A stretch of 64,000 nt of DNA from the NCBI RefSeq assembly GCF_023250475.1, contig NZ_JAHFAQ010000001.1, forward strand, positions 134-64,133, written 5' to 3'. The notes under the pieces were generated by a model that made no database searches, was not told the DNA's origin, and saw only the letters and a program-made list of their open reading frames with translations. Position numbers and translations under genes: made by a program. This stretch comes from Sulfuricurvum sp. (GTDB lineage Bacteria > Campylobacterota > Campylobacteria > Campylobacterales > Sulfurimonadaceae). Of the stretch, positions 7,987-21,400 are shown one piece after another; position 1 is the stretch's first letter, and the number at the start of each line of letters is the position of its first letter.

Positions 7987-8841
7987 TTAGATTTTTTTCG
8001 CAAAGTCATCTTGCGTGATTTTGCCGCGTTTGCCTTGTGCCGCTTCGATGACCATCTCATACATGTCACAATACTCAGCTTGCTCAACTTCACGCAATAC
8101 ACCCGTAGGGAATTTATTCATTTGTTCTTCAGCAGGAAGTGCTTCCCATTTTTTCAACGGAACAGTGATACTGTCGATCCAAGCAAGATTTTCCATAGCA
8201 CTCAACATTTTGTTTTTACGACCAAGGTTGATATGGCAGTTAGACATAATGTCGAAGAAAGAGAACCCTTTATGAGAGAACCCTTTGACAAGCACTTTTT
8301 CCAATTTTTTCGGATCAAGCATCGTTTCACGCGCTACGAATGACGCACCCGCACCGATGGCAAGTTTGCACGCATCAAACGTCGGATCGATGTTCCCGTT
8401 TTGCGCCGATACACACCACATACCCTGCGGAGTCGTCGGAGAGATTTGAGAATTTGTCAAACCATAAATAAAGTTATTGATAAGAATGAAATTCAAATCG
8501 ATGTTACGACGACAGCCGTGGATCGTATGATTACCCCCGATTGCCAAACCGTCACCGTCTCCGGCAACCACGATAACGTGTGCATCCGGACGAGTCAATT
8601 TGATCCCCGTAGCATACGCAATCGTACGACCGTGTGTCGTGTGTACCGTATTACAGTTGATGTATGAGCTAAAGCGACCTGAGCATCCGATACCGGAAAC
8701 GACACATACTTTGTCCATATCCCAGCCCATTTTGTCGATAGCACGGATAACCGACTTAAGGATAACACCATCCCCACAGCCCCAACACCAAAGTGTCGGC
8801 ATTTTATCTACACGTAAATATTGATCGTAATTGAAAGCCAT
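7987..8841 (-). CDS. oorB: 2-oxoglutarate:ferredoxin oxidoreductase beta subunit
   Basis: WCWGCGDG, SGIGCS, TPP motif GDGD...GGNH. Confidence 0.93.
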   Translation of the reverse strand: MAFNYDQYLRVDKMPTLWCWGCGDGVILKSVIRAIDKMGWDMDKVCVVSGIGCSGRFSSYINCNTVHTTHGRTIAYATGIKLTRPDAHVIVVAGDGDGLAIGGNHTIHGCRRNIDLNFILINNFIYGLTNSQISPTTPQGMWCVSAQNGNIDPTFDACKLAIGAGASFVARETMLDPKKLEKVLVKGFSHKGFSFFDIMSNCHINLGRKNKMLSAMENLAWIDSITVPLKKWEALPAEEQMNKFPTGVLREVEQAEYCDMYEMVIEAAQGKRGKITQDDFAKKI

Positions 8842-9992
8842 TAGAACATCTCCTTAACTTTTGCTACCATTTCAAGTGGTGCGATTGGACGACCGTTTGC
8901 TTTGTGAAGCGTACCGAAATCGCTGCGTCCCATTACACGTTCAATCTCTTTGAGGTATTGACCCATATTGAGTTCCGTCACGAAAATTTTGTCAAATTTC
9001 TGACCGATCTCTTTGAGCTTTTTAGCCGGACTCGGCCACAATACGATTGGTCTGAAAAGACCCGCTTTGATCCCGTCGTTACGGAGTTTCATAACCGCCT
9101 CTTTCGCACCGCGAGAGATACTTCCATAAGCGATCATACATACTTCTGCGTCGTCCATCATAAATTCTTCATAATCGGCTTCATCATCCAAACCGTCGTT
9201 TTCTGCCGCAACCGTGTTGATTTTACCGACAAGACGCTCGATATTGAATTGGCATTGTGCCGCATCTTCCGTCGGGAAACCTGTCGGTCCGTGATGAAGT
9301 CCCGTAAAGTGGAAACGGTACCCTTCAAACATAGGATTGAGGACTGCCGCTTCGTTCATCGGAACATCGTACGGACGGTAATCTTCCGGTTTTCCGTCAA
9401 AACGTTTACGATTAACGATTGAAGCTTTGACCTCTTCGAGATCCGGGAGCATCGCTTTACCGTGCATATGACCTACCGTCTCATCCAAAAGGACGAATAC
9501 CGGAGTCATGTATTTCTCAGCCAAATTAAATCCGCGTACGGTTTGTGTGTAACACTCTTCAAGTGATCCCGCACACAGCGTGATAGAAGCATAGTCACCG
9601 TGGGTCGGATATTGCGCCTGACCGATGTCCGCTTGGGATACACGAGTCGGAAGACCGGTCGATGGACCTCCGCGCATTACGTTCACGATAACCAACGGTA
9701 CTTCAGCAATAAACGCCAAACCGATTTGTTCCGCCTTAAGAGAAATCCCCGGACCTGACGTTGCCGTCATCGATTTTGTACCCGCCATAGATGCACCGAG
9801 GGCAACGGAGATACCCGCGATTTCATCTTCCATTTGGATGAATTTTCCGCCGACAGTCGGTAGAAGATCGGACATCTCATGCATTACTTCCGATGATGGA
9901 GTAATCGGATATCCGCCGAAAAACATACAACCCGCATCAAAAGCACCGAGTGCTGATAATTCGTTACCTGTTGAAATTACTTCTCTTGCCAT
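8841..9992 (-). CDS. oorA: 2-oxoglutarate:ferredoxin oxidoreductase alpha subunit
   Basis: GYPITPSSE, QMEDEIA, TSGPG, RGGPSTGLPT. Confidence 0.93.
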   Translation of the reverse strand: MAREVISTGNELSALGAFDAGCMFFGGYPITPSSEVMHEMSDLLPTVGGKFIQMEDEIAGISVALGASMAGTKSMTATSGPGISLKAEQIGLAFIAEVPLVIVNVMRGGPSTGLPTRVSQADIGQAQYPTHGDYASITLCAGSLEECYTQTVRGFNLAEKYMTPVFVLLDETVGHMHGKAMLPDLEEVKASIVNRKRFDGKPEDYRPYDVPMNEAAVLNPMFEGYRFHFTGLHHGPTGFPTEDAAQCQFNIERLVGKINTVAAENDGLDDEADYEEFMMDDAEVCMIAYGSISRGAKEAVMKLRNDGIKAGLFRPIVLWPSPAKKLKEIGQKFDKIFVTELNMGQYLKEIERVMGRSDFGTLHKANGRPIAPLEMVAKVKEMF

Positions 9993-10321
9993 TACTTCAC
10001 TCCTGCTTGGTCTAGTGACATATACTTATTAGCGATAATAGCCGCTTGACGCGCTTTTGCTTCATCGGTGAGTTTTGCAAATTTATAATCTGCTTTATCT
10101 GCAACATAAATAGCAAAGTCAGGACATGTGAGTTCGCACTCATTACAGCCGATGCAACTCTCCGGATGATTGATCGAGATCATAGCACCCAAGGTTGATG
10201 TCGGCTCATAACGCATACCGAGTACACCCGATGGACATACCGATACACAAATATCACATGCTTTACAGTTATCGGTATTTACCCATACAGGGACGTTACC
10301 GGGATTGGTCGTTTTAAACAT
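9992..10321 (-). CDS. oorD: 2-oxoglutarate:ferredoxin oxidoreductase delta subunit (2x[4Fe-4S])
   Basis: CKACDICVSVCP and CIGCNECELTCP. Confidence 0.9.
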   Translation of the reverse strand: MFKTTNPGNVPVWVNTDNCKACDICVSVCPSGVLGMRYEPTSTLGAMISINHPESCIGCNECELTCPDFAIYVADKADYKFAKLTDEAKARQAAIIANKYMSLDQAGVK

Positions 10322-10344
10322 CTGTTCTCCTCACAATTTTGAAA

Positions 10345-10644
10345 TTAATCTGATTCTTTATCTGTTGAAAATTTACCAACGGCACAAGAGACAAAACTCT
10401 TGAGCTTGAGTGCGGCGTTATCCATTACACCCTCTTCATCACCCGCCAGAGGATAACCGAGGCTTCTTAAGATTGCCTTAACTTGTGCTGATTGCGCTTC
10501 GTCCAGAATTTCTACTGTTACTTTACGAGGCTCGCACGAAAGATCCACGTTGATCTCATTAAATCCTGCTTCTTTGAGAGCTTTCGTAATTGTGTTGGCA
10601 CACCCGCCGCAACGTACATTGGCGACCTCAAAGATATGTGTCAT
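10345..10644 (-). CDS. Heavy-metal-associated (HMA/CopZ-like) domain protein
   Basis: VRCGGCANTI (CxxC) plus C-terminal KSFVSCAVG tail. Confidence 0.85.
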   Translation of the reverse strand: MTHIFEVANVRCGGCANTITKALKEAGFNEINVDLSCEPRKVTVEILDEAQSAQVKAILRSLGYPLAGDEEGVMDNAALKLKSFVSCAVGKFSTDKESD

Positions 10645-11525
10645 TATTTTTTCAACTTTCCCATTACTTCCGCAATGGCTTTGCCGATATCTGCCGGAGA
10701 GACAACGACTTTGACACCCGCCGCTTCAAGCGCCGCCATTTTTTCGGCTGCCGTTCCCGCACCGCCGGAGATAATTGCTCCGGCATGCCCCATACGTTTT
10801 CCCGCAGGTGCCGTCTGACCCGCGATAAAAGCAACAACCGGTTTGGTAATATGCTCTTTAATGTACGCCGCCGCTTGGATCTCCAAGTCTCCGCCGATCT
10901 CACCGATCATAACGATCGCATGCGTTTCCGGATCCGCTTCGAACATCGGAAGGAGTTGTTTGTAGCTCAAACCGATGATCGGGTCACCGCCGATACCGAC
11001 CGCTGTGGTGATACCGAATCCCTCTTTAACGACTTGGTTCGCAGACTCATACGTCAACGTCCCTGATTTAGAGATAAGTCCGATGTTCCCTTTTTTGAAA
11101 ATGAATCCCGGCATGATTCCGATTTTGCACTCATCCGCCGTGATAATTCCCGGACAGTTCGGCCCGATAGTCATCATATCTTTTTTAACCGCATACGCTT
11201 TTGCAAACATCATATCTTTTACGGGTGCCCCTTCGGTAATAATAACCGCAAGGCTGATCCCCGCATCTGCCGCTTCCATAACCGCATCGGAGACGAATGC
11301 CGGCGGAACGAAAATCATCGAGACCGTAGCACCGGTAGCACGTACTGCTTCTTCTACCGTATTAAATACCGGTTGACCAAGGTGCTCTTGTCCACCCTTG
11401 CCCGGTGTAACACCGCCGACAATTTTGGTGCCGTATGCGATACACTGTTCTGCGTGAAATGTACCCTCTTTACCTGTGAAACCTTGAACGATAACTTTTG
11501 TATCTTTATTAACCAAAATAGACAT
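10644..11525 (-). CDS. sucD: Succinyl-CoA synthetase alpha subunit
   Basis: [27 protein letters not shown] (phospho-His). Confidence 0.96.
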   Translation of the reverse strand: MSILVNKDTKVIVQGFTGKEGTFHAEQCIAYGTKIVGGVTPGKGGQEHLGQPVFNTVEEAVRATGATVSMIFVPPAFVSDAVMEAADAGISLAVIITEGAPVKDMMFAKAYAVKKDMMTIGPNCPGIITADECKIGIMPGFIFKKGNIGLISKSGTLTYESANQVVKEGFGITTAVGIGGDPIIGLSYKQLLPMFEADPETHAIVMIGEIGGDLEIQAAAYIKEHITKPVVAFIAGQTAPAGKRMGHAGAIISGGAGTAAEKMAALEAAGVKVVVSPADIGKAIAEVMGKLKK

Positions 11526-11528
11526 TAA

Positions 11529-12698
11529 TTACTCTCCCTTAGCTGCTGCAACGGCTTTACGCGCACCGTCTGCAAGATCGGTTGCCGCTACAATGTTAGC
11601 GATACCGGCATTGTTTAAAATCTCTGCCGCTTCGATAGCATTCGTGCCGTCAAGTCGTACTATAACCGGTACGTTTACGTTGGTGATTTTTGTTGCTTCG
11701 ATAATCCCGTTGGCAACACGGTCACAACGGACGATTCCGCCGAAGATGTTGACGAAAATCGCTTTGACGTTCGGGTCTTTAAGGATAATTTCAAACCCTT
11801 TGGCCACCGTTTCTGCGCTTGCCGAACCGCCGACGTCAAGGAAGTTGGCCGGTTTGCCACCCTCGTAGTTGATGGTATCCATTGTTCCCATAGCAAGTCC
11901 CGCACCGTTAACCATACAACCGACGTCACCGTCAAGTTTGATGTAGCTTAGGCCGAATTTGCCCGCTTCGATCTCCGTCGGCTCTTCTTCACTCAAATCA
12001 CGCATCTCATTAACCTGAGATTGACGATAAAGGGCGTTGTTGTCAAATCCCATTTTTGCATCGAGTGCCAAGAATTTGCCGTCACCCGTTTTGACCAACG
12101 GATTGATTTCGATCATCTCCGCATCGTGATCCATGTAAACTTTATAAAGGGCAGACGCAAATTTGATAAAGGTATTGATCTCTTCCACCGGAAGACCCAA
12201 ACCAAATGCTAATTTACGTCCGTGAAAGCTTTGGAAACCTGTCAACGGATCGATCGAAACTTTGATAATTTTTTCAGGAGTATTGTGTGCAACCTCTTCA
12301 ATCGCCATACCGCCCTCAGTGGATGCCATCATGATCGGCATTTTAAGTGCACGATCAAGCAAGAGTCCGAGATAGTACTCTTTTTTGATATCGGCACCCT
12401 CTTCGATATAGACTTTTTGAACCAATTTACCCTCAGGGCCTGTTTGGTGCGTTACGAGCTGCATGCCCAAGATTTGAGCTGCCATTTCACGTACTTCAGA
12501 CGTTGATTTGGCAAGTTTGACACCGCCCCCTAAACCGCGTCCGCCCGCATGGATTTGAGCTTTGACAACCCAGATATTTCCGCCGAGTTCTTGAGCCGCT
12601 TTAACCGCCTCATCGGGTGTAAACGCAATGTGTCCGCGCAAGGTCGGTACATTGTATTTTTTGAATAATTCTTTAGCTTGATATTCGTGAATATTCAT
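11529..12698 (-). CDS. sucC: Succinyl-CoA synthetase beta subunit
   Basis: [39 protein letters not shown]. Confidence 0.96.
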   Translation of the reverse strand: MNIHEYQAKELFKKYNVPTLRGHIAFTPDEAVKAAQELGGNIWVVKAQIHAGGRGLGGGVKLAKSTSEVREMAAQILGMQLVTHQTGPEGKLVQKVYIEEGADIKKEYYLGLLLDRALKMPIMMASTEGGMAIEEVAHNTPEKIIKVSIDPLTGFQSFHGRKLAFGLGLPVEEINTFIKFASALYKVYMDHDAEMIEINPLVKTGDGKFLALDAKMGFDNNALYRQSQVNEMRDLSEEEPTEIEAGKFGLSYIKLDGDVGCMVNGAGLAMGTMDTINYEGGKPANFLDVGGSASAETVAKGFEIILKDPNVKAIFVNIFGGIVRCDRVANGIIEATKITNVNVPVIVRLDGTNAIEAAEILNNAGIANIVAATDLADGARKAVAAAKGE

Positions 12699-12718
12699 TA
12701 ATTCCTCCTGTTATAAGT

Positions 12719-14110
12719 TTACGCTATAGGTCTTGTCATCTCTTCAGGGATGACGTATTTGTCGAACTCTTCGGCACTCAGGAGACCGAGTTTGATGGCG
12801 GTTTCTTTCAGTGTAGAGTTCTCTTTATGTGCTGTTTTAGCAATTTTTGCCGCATTTTCATACCCGATGTACGGGTTCAATGCCGTTACGAGCATCAATG
12901 AGTTGTTCAAATACGCATCAATCTGATCACGCACCGGCTCAATCCCTACCGCACAGTTATCGTTGAATGAAACGATTGAATCGGCCAATAAACGTACCGA
13001 TTGCAAGAAGTTATAGGCGATTACCGGTTTGAATACGTTCAGCTCAAAATTACCTTGGCTCGCCGCAAAACCGATACAGGCATCGTTCCCCATAACTTGG
13101 CACGTCACCATCGTCACCGCTTCCGATTGCGTCGGATTGACTTTACCCGGCATGATGGATGAACCCGGCTCGTTTTCAGGGATCGTAATCTCACCGATAC
13201 CGCAGCGTGGACCGCTCGCCAACCAGCGAACATCGTTCGCGATTTTCATCATATCCGCAGCAAGAGCTTTGAGGGCACCGTGAGCGAACACAAGAGCGTC
13301 ATGAGAGGTCAACGCATGGAACTTATTCGGTGCCGTAACGAAGGTATGACCCGTAAGCTCCGTTAGTTTTGCCGCTACGCGTTCTCCCAACTCAGGATGT
13401 GCATTCAATCCCGTTCCGACCGCTGTACCGCCAAGAGCAAGTTCACGAACCGACTCAAGAGAATCTTTCGCCATTTTTTCACATTTGTTAAGCATCTCTA
13501 CCCAACCGCTGATCTCTTGACCGAGAGTGAGCGGTGTTGCGTCTTGAAGGTGGGTACGTCCGATTTTGACGATATCACTAAATACTTCAGACTTTGCTTG
13601 CAACGTTTTACGTAAATGATCGATGGCAGGCAATAGACGCGTTTCTACCGCAATAACCGCTGCTACATGCAATGCCGTCGGATAGGTATCGTTCGAGCTT
13701 TGAGATTTGTTGACATCGTCATTCGGGTGAACCAATTTTTGAGTACGGAAATCACCGCCGAGGATTTCGGTTGCACGGCTTGCCAAAACTTCATTGTTGT
13801 TCATGTTTGACTGCGTACCTGAACCCGTTTGCCATACCACGAGAGGATAATGTGCATCCAATTTACCAGCTAACATCTCGTCTGCCGCCTGAGCAATCGC
13901 ATCCGCTTTTTCTTTACTCAACATTCCAAGATCGCAATTGACCAAAGCAACCGCTTTTTTAAGGTATGAAAATGCTCTTGTAATTTCATACGGCATTTTC
14001 TCTTCACCGATTTGGAAGTTCTCCAGTGAACGCTGTGTTTGCGCTCCCCAGTAAGTGTCATTCGGTACCCGAACTTCACCCATCGTATCTTTTTCGATGC
14101 GATAACTCAT
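12719..14110 (-). CDS. fumC: Class II fumarate hydratase
   Basis: [13 protein letters not shown] signature, [19 protein letters not shown]. Confidence 0.96.
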   Translation of the reverse strand: MSYRIEKDTMGEVRVPNDTYWGAQTQRSLENFQIGEEKMPYEITRAFSYLKKAVALVNCDLGMLSKEKADAIAQAADEMLAGKLDAHYPLVVWQTGSGTQSNMNNNEVLASRATEILGGDFRTQKLVHPNDDVNKSQSSNDTYPTALHVAAVIAVETRLLPAIDHLRKTLQAKSEVFSDIVKIGRTHLQDATPLTLGQEISGWVEMLNKCEKMAKDSLESVRELALGGTAVGTGLNAHPELGERVAAKLTELTGHTFVTAPNKFHALTSHDALVFAHGALKALAADMMKIANDVRWLASGPRCGIGEITIPENEPGSSIMPGKVNPTQSEAVTMVTCQVMGNDACIGFAASQGNFELNVFKPVIAYNFLQSVRLLADSIVSFNDNCAVGIEPVRDQIDAYLNNSLMLVTALNPYIGYENAAKIAKTAHKENSTLKETAIKLGLLSAEEFDKYVIPEEMTRPIA

Positions 14111-15069
14111 TATTTGGCTCCTTCAAAAAATTTATTGGTATTCAACGTATCGATCAACCCTTGAACCGAGGCACACGATGCAGCAAACATCGCTTTCTCT
14201 GTCTCATTCAGGGTGACCTCAATGATTTTTTCAGCACCGTTAGCTCCGAGCATGACCGGAACACCGCTCACAACATTGCTAAATCCGTATTCACCCTCAA
14301 GATAAACGGCACACGGATGGATTTGTTTGGTATCTTTCAAAATCGCTTCAACCATAATAGCCGTCGCTTTTGCCGGTGCATAGTAAGCGGATCCGGTTTG
14401 AAGAAGCGCTACGATCTCTGCTCCCCCTTTTCGGGTTCGCTGTACGATCTCTTCGATCTCATCATGACTCAAAACATCCGACAAAGGGACACCGGCGACG
14501 GTAGAATAGCGAGGCAACGGAACCATGTCATCCCCGTGACCGCCCATAACCGAGGCACGGATCTGCCCTCCGCCGTATCCGAGTTTTTCTTGGATAAATG
14601 CCGCCATACGCGCACTGTCCAACACTCCCGCCATGCCGATAACACGGCTGCGGTCAAATCCGCTTTCGCGTAATGCCACATAGGTCATAGCATCCAACGG
14701 ATTTGAAACCATGATCACGATCGCATTCGGAGAGTATTTTGCAACACCTTCGATCACCTCACGAGTTACTTTGGCATTGATCATTAGCAGATCATCACGG
14801 CTCATACCCGGTAAACGTGGGCTTCCCGCAGTAATAACGACAACATCGCAATCGGTCAAATCTGCCATACTCTCGGCAACCTTGACCGTAGAGTGCGATC
14901 TTACCGCTGCAGCGGCTTGAGACATATCCAACGCTTTGCCTTTGGCTATCTCAATTTTATTATCACGCAAGATGATTTCATGACAAGAGCCAAGCATTGC
15001 AAGCGAGTAGGCTATCGTCGATCCGACATTTCCCGCCCCTACGATTCCAACGCGTTTTCCGTTTATCAT
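14110..15069 (-). CDS. mdh: Malate dehydrogenase (LDH-like)
   Basis: [22 protein letters not shown]. Confidence 0.93.
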   Translation of the reverse strand: MINGKRVGIVGAGNVGSTIAYSLAMLGSCHEIILRDNKIEIAKGKALDMSQAAAAVRSHSTVKVAESMADLTDCDVVVITAGSPRLPGMSRDDLLMINAKVTREVIEGVAKYSPNAIVIMVSNPLDAMTYVALRESGFDRSRVIGMAGVLDSARMAAFIQEKLGYGGGQIRASVMGGHGDDMVPLPRYSTVAGVPLSDVLSHDEIEEIVQRTRKGGAEIVALLQTGSAYYAPAKATAIMVEAILKDTKQIHPCAVYLEGEYGFSNVVSGVPVMLGANGAEKIIEVTLNETEKAMFAASCASVQGLIDTLNTNKFFEGAK

Positions 15070-15165
15070 TTCCTGCTCCTTGTATTATTGCTATTACCCT
15101 CTCCAGAAGAAGATAATTACAAGACGATCTAATCGCCTTTTATCTATAGAGAAAACTCTGCAGAT

Positions 15166-15192
15166 AAAAAACGATCCCGGCGAACCGGAATC
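15166..15192 (-). terminator. Intrinsic terminator after icd
   Basis: Minus strand GATTCCGG-TTCG-CCGGGATC followed by GTTTTTT. Confidence 0.75.
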
Positions 15193-15199
15193 TAAGTAG

Positions 15200-17395
15200 T
15201 TAGATTGCGCTAATGATAGCGTTCAATGTTGCACTCGGACGCATTGCAGCGGTCACTTTCGCAACATTCGGATGATAGTATCCGCCGATATCTTGCACTT
15301 TACCTTCTACCGAGAGAAGTTCTTCCATGATTTTAGCTTCATTTTCACTCAACGACGCAGCAACAGAAGCAAATTTTTCAGCAAGAGAAGCGTCTACTGT
15401 TTGCTCGGCAAGCGCTTTTGCCCAATATTGTGCCAAGAAAAAGTGGCTTGCTTTGTTATCCGGCTCCCCCGCTTTACGTGAAGGCTCTTTGTTGTTATCC
15501 AAATACGCCGCATTTGCTTCATCTAAAGCTGCTGTAAGTGCAGTCAATTTGTTATCTTTTTTCGTTTTGTTGATGTGACGCAGTGACTCAGCAAGAGCCA
15601 AGAACTCACCCAATGAATCCCAACGGAGGTGACCCTCATTTACAAATTGCTCAACGTGTTTCGGAGCTGATCCGCCCGCACCGGTTTCAAATAATCCACC
15701 ACCTGCAAGAAGAGGAACGATGGAGAGCATTTTTGCTGACGTTCCAAGCTCAAGGATTGGGAACAAGTCCGTCAAATAGTCACGAAGAACGTTTCCGGTA
15801 GCAGAAATGGTATTCTGACCAGCACGTACACGTTTCAAAGAGAACGCCATCGCTTTTTCAGGTGCCAAAATGTGGTACTCAATTCCATTTTTGTTGAACT
15901 CAGGAAGGTAAGCGTTCACTTTTTTGATGATTTCAGCATCGTGAGCACGTTTTTCGTCCAACCAGAAGACTACCGGAACGTTTTCAATCTCTGCACGCTC
16001 AACCGCAAGACGTACCCAGTCTTTGATCGGGATATCTTTTGCACGAGACATACGCCAGATATCACCTTTTTCTACGTTGAAGCTCATCAATACGCCACTG
16101 TCATCAGTTACAGAGACAACACCGTCTTCAGCAATTTCGAATGTAGTCGGGTGTGAACCGTACTCTTCCGCTTTTTGAGCCATTAGCCCGACATTCGATA
16201 CTGAACCCATTGTGGTTACATCGAATTGACCGTTTTTCTTACAATCTTCGATGATTTCAGAATACATCGTTGCATAACAACGATCCGGAATAGTTACAAC
16301 ACACTGTTCAACTTTTCCTGCCGGATTCCACATTTTACCGCCATCACGTACCACAACCGGTAATGAAGCATCAATAATTACATCGTTTGATGCGTGTAAA
16401 TTCGTAATCCCTTTGTCAGAATCAACCATTGCCATTGCCGGTTGAGTCGGATATACTGCCATAATAGCCGCTTCAATCTCTGCTTTTTTATCCGCTGGAA
16501 GTTTTGCCAATTTTTTGTACAAATCACCAAGTCCGAGATTAGGATTAACACCGATCTCTTTAAATTCTGCTGCGTATTTTTCAAACACGTCTTTGAAGAA
16601 TACACTAACAGCATGACCGAACATAATTGGGTCAGAAACCTTCATCATCGTAGCTTTAAGATGGATTGACCAAAGGATGTTTTTCTCTTTCGCTTCGGCG
16701 ATAGATTCTCCCAAGAATGCACGAAGTGCTTTTGCAGACATGAATGTACCGTCAAGAACCTCTTTGTCAACTGCATTGATCTCTTTGAGTACTTTACCGT
16801 TGAGGGCAATCGTTACTTTACCGTCACCTTTTTTCGTTACCGACTGCTCATTCGCGAAGAAATCGCCGCTGTTCATGTGAGCTACGCGAGTACGAGAGCC
16901 CTCATCCCACGCACGAAGTTTATGCGGGTTTTTCTTAGCAAAGTTTTTAACCGCAACCGCAGCGCGGCGGTCTGAATTACCTTCACGAAGAACCGGATTA
17001 ACCGCAGAACCGAGACAGGTTGCATAACGTGCTTGTATCTCTTTTTCTTCATCTGTTTTTGGCTCTTCCGGATAATTAGGAAGATCGTAACCTTGACCTT
17101 GAAGCTCTTCAATACACGCTTTAAGCTGTGGAATTGAAGCCGAAATATTTGGAAGCTTGATGATATTGCCATCAGGCTCAGTTGCAATAACACCCAATTG
17201 TGCAAGATTATCGGGAATGCGCTGCGCATCACTCATACGTTCTGGGAATGTAGCGATAACGCGACCTGCAAGTGAAATATCACTTGTTACAACTTCAACG
17301 CCTGCGGCTTGTGTGAATGCATTTACGATAGGAAGTAGCGAATATGTCGCTAATGCCGGTGCTTCATCAATTACTGACCAAATGATTTTTGCCAT
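15200..17395 (-). CDS. icd: Monomeric NADP-dependent isocitrate dehydrogenase
   Basis: [44 protein letters not shown]; 731 aa. Confidence 0.96.
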   Translation of the reverse strand: MAKIIWSVIDEAPALATYSLLPIVNAFTQAAGVEVVTSDISLAGRVIATFPERMSDAQRIPDNLAQLGVIATEPDGNIIKLPNISASIPQLKACIEELQGQGYDLPNYPEEPKTDEEKEIQARYATCLGSAVNPVLREGNSDRRAAVAVKNFAKKNPHKLRAWDEGSRTRVAHMNSGDFFANEQSVTKKGDGKVTIALNGKVLKEINAVDKEVLDGTFMSAKALRAFLGESIAEAKEKNILWSIHLKATMMKVSDPIMFGHAVSVFFKDVFEKYAAEFKEIGVNPNLGLGDLYKKLAKLPADKKAEIEAAIMAVYPTQPAMAMVDSDKGITNLHASNDVIIDASLPVVVRDGGKMWNPAGKVEQCVVTIPDRCYATMYSEIIEDCKKNGQFDVTTMGSVSNVGLMAQKAEEYGSHPTTFEIAEDGVVSVTDDSGVLMSFNVEKGDIWRMSRAKDIPIKDWVRLAVERAEIENVPVVFWLDEKRAHDAEIIKKVNAYLPEFNKNGIEYHILAPEKAMAFSLKRVRAGQNTISATGNVLRDYLTDLFPILELGTSAKMLSIVPLLAGGGLFETGAGGSAPKHVEQFVNEGHLRWDSLGEFLALAESLRHINKTKKDNKLTALTAALDEANAAYLDNNKEPSRKAGEPDNKASHFFLAQYWAKALAEQTVDASLAEKFASVAASLSENEAKIMEELLSVEGKVQDIGGYYHPNVAKVTAAMRPSATLNAIISAI

Positions 17396-17495
17396 CAGGT
17401 TCTCCTGTTATTTTTTTTATGCAAGCATCATAACACTTACGGAGAAATTTTTACTGTTTGAAACACCAATAGGAGCAAAAAGTTGGCAATATGTT

Positions 17496-18461
17496 TCATT
17501 TTGTAGCATTTACTATGTTTTGATGGTGTGTAGAAAAGTAACTACTATAGACATGCTCACCGTTTTTGCCTCGAACGAAATAGAGGTAATCGGTATGCTT
17601 TGGATTAAGTGCCGCATCAATCGCTTCTTCTGAAACATTGCATACGGGAAATTCCGGTAAACCCTTGTTTTTATACGTATTATAGGGACTTAAGTCGGTT
17701 CGTATTCGGCGTGCCGTTACTTTCTGATGGGAAAATTCTCCGTAATTCAATGTCCCGTCCATCTGCAGACGCATCCCTTTTTTAATTCGGTTGTCGATGA
17801 CCGAGCTGACAAACGGCATATCGGATAATGATGCGGCTTCTTTTTGTATTACGGATGCTTTTGTTACAATTTGTAACCATTTAGCACTATCCGATTGCAA
17901 ATGATACATTGCAGCCATCTTTTTCATTTTTTTGTTAGATTCGTTTAATAAATGTACGATCAATTGTTCTTCACTGAATTCATTGGGAATGCTGTAGGTC
18001 TCAGGGGCAAAATTTCCCTCTTTCAAGCGGGCATGAAGATCATAGGCTTGATGAAGTTTTCCAAGGTCCAATGAAAGTTCCTCTGCAACCTGCTTTAAAA
18101 AGATCTCCGTTGTTTCCCCCGGAATCAAAGTAACCGCTCGGCTTACAGCCTTTGCGGTTGTGAGTCGGTAGAGATACTCTATCCGGGTCATATTCACATC
18201 TTTGATATCAATCCATCCTTGCTGAGGCTGCCCTAGCAGACGCAAAATAAAGGCATCAATCTTATGGACATTTACCCCTTCGCTTTGGAGGTGTGATATA
18301 CTTTTAAATACGGAACCTTTCGGTATATAAACGATTTTCGGTGATGTAACGGTAGAGAATAGGTAAGTCATGAAAGATATAATCGTCACCAAAATAATTC
18401 CGAAAACCCATAAGAGCGTTTTACTTTTTTTAGTCTTTACTTTTTTTCTTGGCTTTTTCAC
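17496..18461 (-). CDS. mltG: Endolytic transglycosylase MltG
   Basis: ASVIQKE, NRIKKGMRLQMDGT, SPYNTYK.KGLP, YLYFV; start codon uncertain. Confidence 0.9.
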   Translation of the reverse strand: MKKPRKKVKTKKSKTLLWVFGIILVTIISFMTYLFSTVTSPKIVYIPKGSVFKSISHLQSEGVNVHKIDAFILRLLGQPQQGWIDIKDVNMTRIEYLYRLTTAKAVSRAVTLIPGETTEIFLKQVAEELSLDLGKLHQAYDLHARLKEGNFAPETYSIPNEFSEEQLIVHLLNESNKKMKKMAAMYHLQSDSAKWLQIVTKASVIQKEAASLSDMPFVSSVIDNRIKKGMRLQMDGTLNYGEFSHQKVTARRIRTDLSPYNTYKNKGLPEFPVCNVSEEAIDAALNPKHTDYLYFVRGKNGEHVYSSYFSTHHQNIVNATK

Positions 18462-21400
18462 GTTTGTCGCTTTGCTAGAGGGATTTAGTATTGATCACCT
18501 GACATTAGGTGGGGTCAAAGTTGAGAAATTATACCTAAAATGGGACAATTCCCTTCAGATAAAAGCTTCGAAATTAGATTTCAGCAACCTAAAAAGCAGC
18601 GAAACTCCCCTAAATCTTCAGCCCCTCGCTAAGCTTCCCCGCTATCTCCACTGGATTGAAGGCTGGGTAGAATCAATCGACATAGAGACCATTGCCTATA
18701 AAGATTTCACTGCTTCTTTGCATTACCGAAAAGGGGCGATCGGAAAAGTAATTTTAGGGGATTCAACGAGCCGAAGCGAAGGGACATTTGCGCTCAACGA
18801 AACCGATTTTAACCTCACTCTCCCATCCTATACTATCAATGATGCCAATTTGTCAGCCCATCTGCATATTAATCTTCTTAATCAGCATATTCACTCTCAG
18901 ATAAGGGTTAACCTTCCGAAAACACCCCTGATTACCCTCAATATTTCAGGGGATTCTGATCTGATCCGTTTTAATGCATACACGAAAAGTCCATTGACAA
19001 CTATCAAACCGTTAGTTGATTTTTTCAAGCTTGATCCCGATGTTGTTCCCTGGATTGTCGATTACACCCAAGCTTCCTCTCTCCATCTTGCTCGGCTATA
19101 CGGTACTTTCCATTACAAAAACCCCAAAGAGCTGATTCAAAATCTCGTTGCGGATGCTACCGTTGTGGACGGAGGATATACCTTTGCAGAAGGGTTTGAA
19201 CCTATCCGAGCGCCTCGAATCGATCTACATTTTAGTAAAGGCAAACTCCACATAGTACCGAGAAACGGTACTTTTTATAACCTTCCGACCGAACAGAGCC
19301 GCGTTGTAATCGATTTCACCGCACCGCATACCTTTCTTAATGCCTATATTCAAACCAAGCATGCCAAACTCAATGATCCCATCTTATCCCTCTTGGCTTT
19401 CTACGATATCCGTTTGCCGATTAAGCAGCTCAAAGGGGAGTGTGCCGTTGATTTGAATCTATCCGTAAATCTGCATACCCTCGATACCACCGGCAAAGGG
19501 TCGTTCATCCCTACCCCTTCGGAACTCCTTCTCGATCAAATCGCACTCAAAACCGATGGAGGGATCGTTAAAGTAGACCGTACGCATGTAACTTTTGAAA
19601 ACTTTATCGCCCACTACGGTAACAATATAGCGGATGCTCACGTCAATGGTGAATACGATGCCCATACGCAAAGAGGTGCCGTCGCGATCAATGCATACGC
19701 GCTCTCACCTGCAGACGGGCTGAGTCTTTTTAATCCTAAAGATCCGATACGCGTTGCCTATATCATTGCCCCAAGCGGAGATACCTTAAGTGTCGAGCAA
19801 TCTCAATGGAACCTTTTGGGAGAAAAATTAACCATCGAACGCTTTCAGGCACCGTTTGATTATCATCGTGCCTCCTCGGCTATCAGCTCCGTCCCCTTTC
19901 TCCTCTCCGGCAGCGTCAAAGGAAAAATCGATGCTGCCTTTGACGGCGTGAAAAAACAAAGTGACATCAAAATACGCTTCAATGAATTCAAACTCGGCGA
20001 AGTCGAACTCCATCAGCCGCTTTTTGATATTGACCTGCATTACGGCAACGAAACGACAAAATTGCAGATTAAAAGTGCCTCAGCCTGGTCGGTTCATCAG
20101 CTCCCTTTATTGGTATCGCCTTTCAGTGCGACTCTTAAGAATGAGACTATCGCATTTGATAAAATAGAAACCGTTCTCGGTGACCTTTTCAAAGGAAATT
20201 TTACCGGAACCTACCGCCTCGATACCCATAAAGGAACCATACATCTAAGCAATATGATTCCCATCGCTCCGAAATTGACCCCTATTATCGAGTCCAAAGA
20301 ATCGATCAGTTTAATCGTCGATGCGAAAAACGATCCCATACAGATTGATGCTCCAGAACTTAAAGCCCATTTTACGACGATACCTAAGGGGTGGAAAATT
20401 GCGCTGAACGATATTTCGCTCCTCTCTAAAAAATCTCCTATTTTACGCCTCTACAACATTAATAACGGTTATTTAAATCTTTACTATACCGGAGAGAGCT
20501 CCCGCTATCTTTTCAACGGTGAAATAGACTATCTTTATCCTCTTATGATCATGAATGATACGCCGGTATCGCATTACCGATTTAGCGGTTCCCACCAAAA
20601 CGAAAATACTCAGATACGGGTAAACGACCGTATAACGATCAATCACTCTCCGGAAAATATTTACATCCGGGCCAACAATACGGGTCTTAATCTCCCAATT
20701 TTATTTAAATTTTTGGCTGCACACAAAGAAGAATCTGATCAATCTTCAAAAACTGACGCATCAACGCCTATCCGTATTCACGCAACCAATTCCTATTTGT
20801 ATTTGATGAAGGAGAGAAAGATCGTTACCGATATGTTGGATGCGACATTGATAGATGACAATTTCGATGCATCGCTACAGCACATGAGCGGATCAGCCAT
20901 ACTTAAAATACGAGACAACCTTTTTTCAATCGACGGTAGTGGTTTTAATGACAAATTCATGGAGCACCTTTTTGCTCTCAGTGATTTTAGCGGAGGGACA
21001 TTTTCTTTTGAAGCTAAAGGGAAAACAGATTCATTCGACGGATTAATGCGGGTGGAAAATACTATTTTGAAAGATTATAAGGTACTAAATAACGTATTGG
21101 CATTTGTGAATACCGTCCCATCTCTTGCCACTTTTTCTCTGCCGAACTACAATTCAAAAGGGTTGCCGGTAAAAGAGGGGTATGCCCATTTCGGGTATCA
21201 GAAAGGGATTGTATCCGTAGATAATTTCACCTTGAACTCACCGGAAATGAAAATCACCGGAAGCGGACGGGCTGATCTTAATTCCAATCAGTTGGAAGGG
21301 GCTATGACTCTGAAAACCGATTTAGGCTCAACGCTGGGGAAAGTACCGATGGTAGGATATATTCTCCTCGGTGACGACGGATCGCTCTCGACGACATTGA

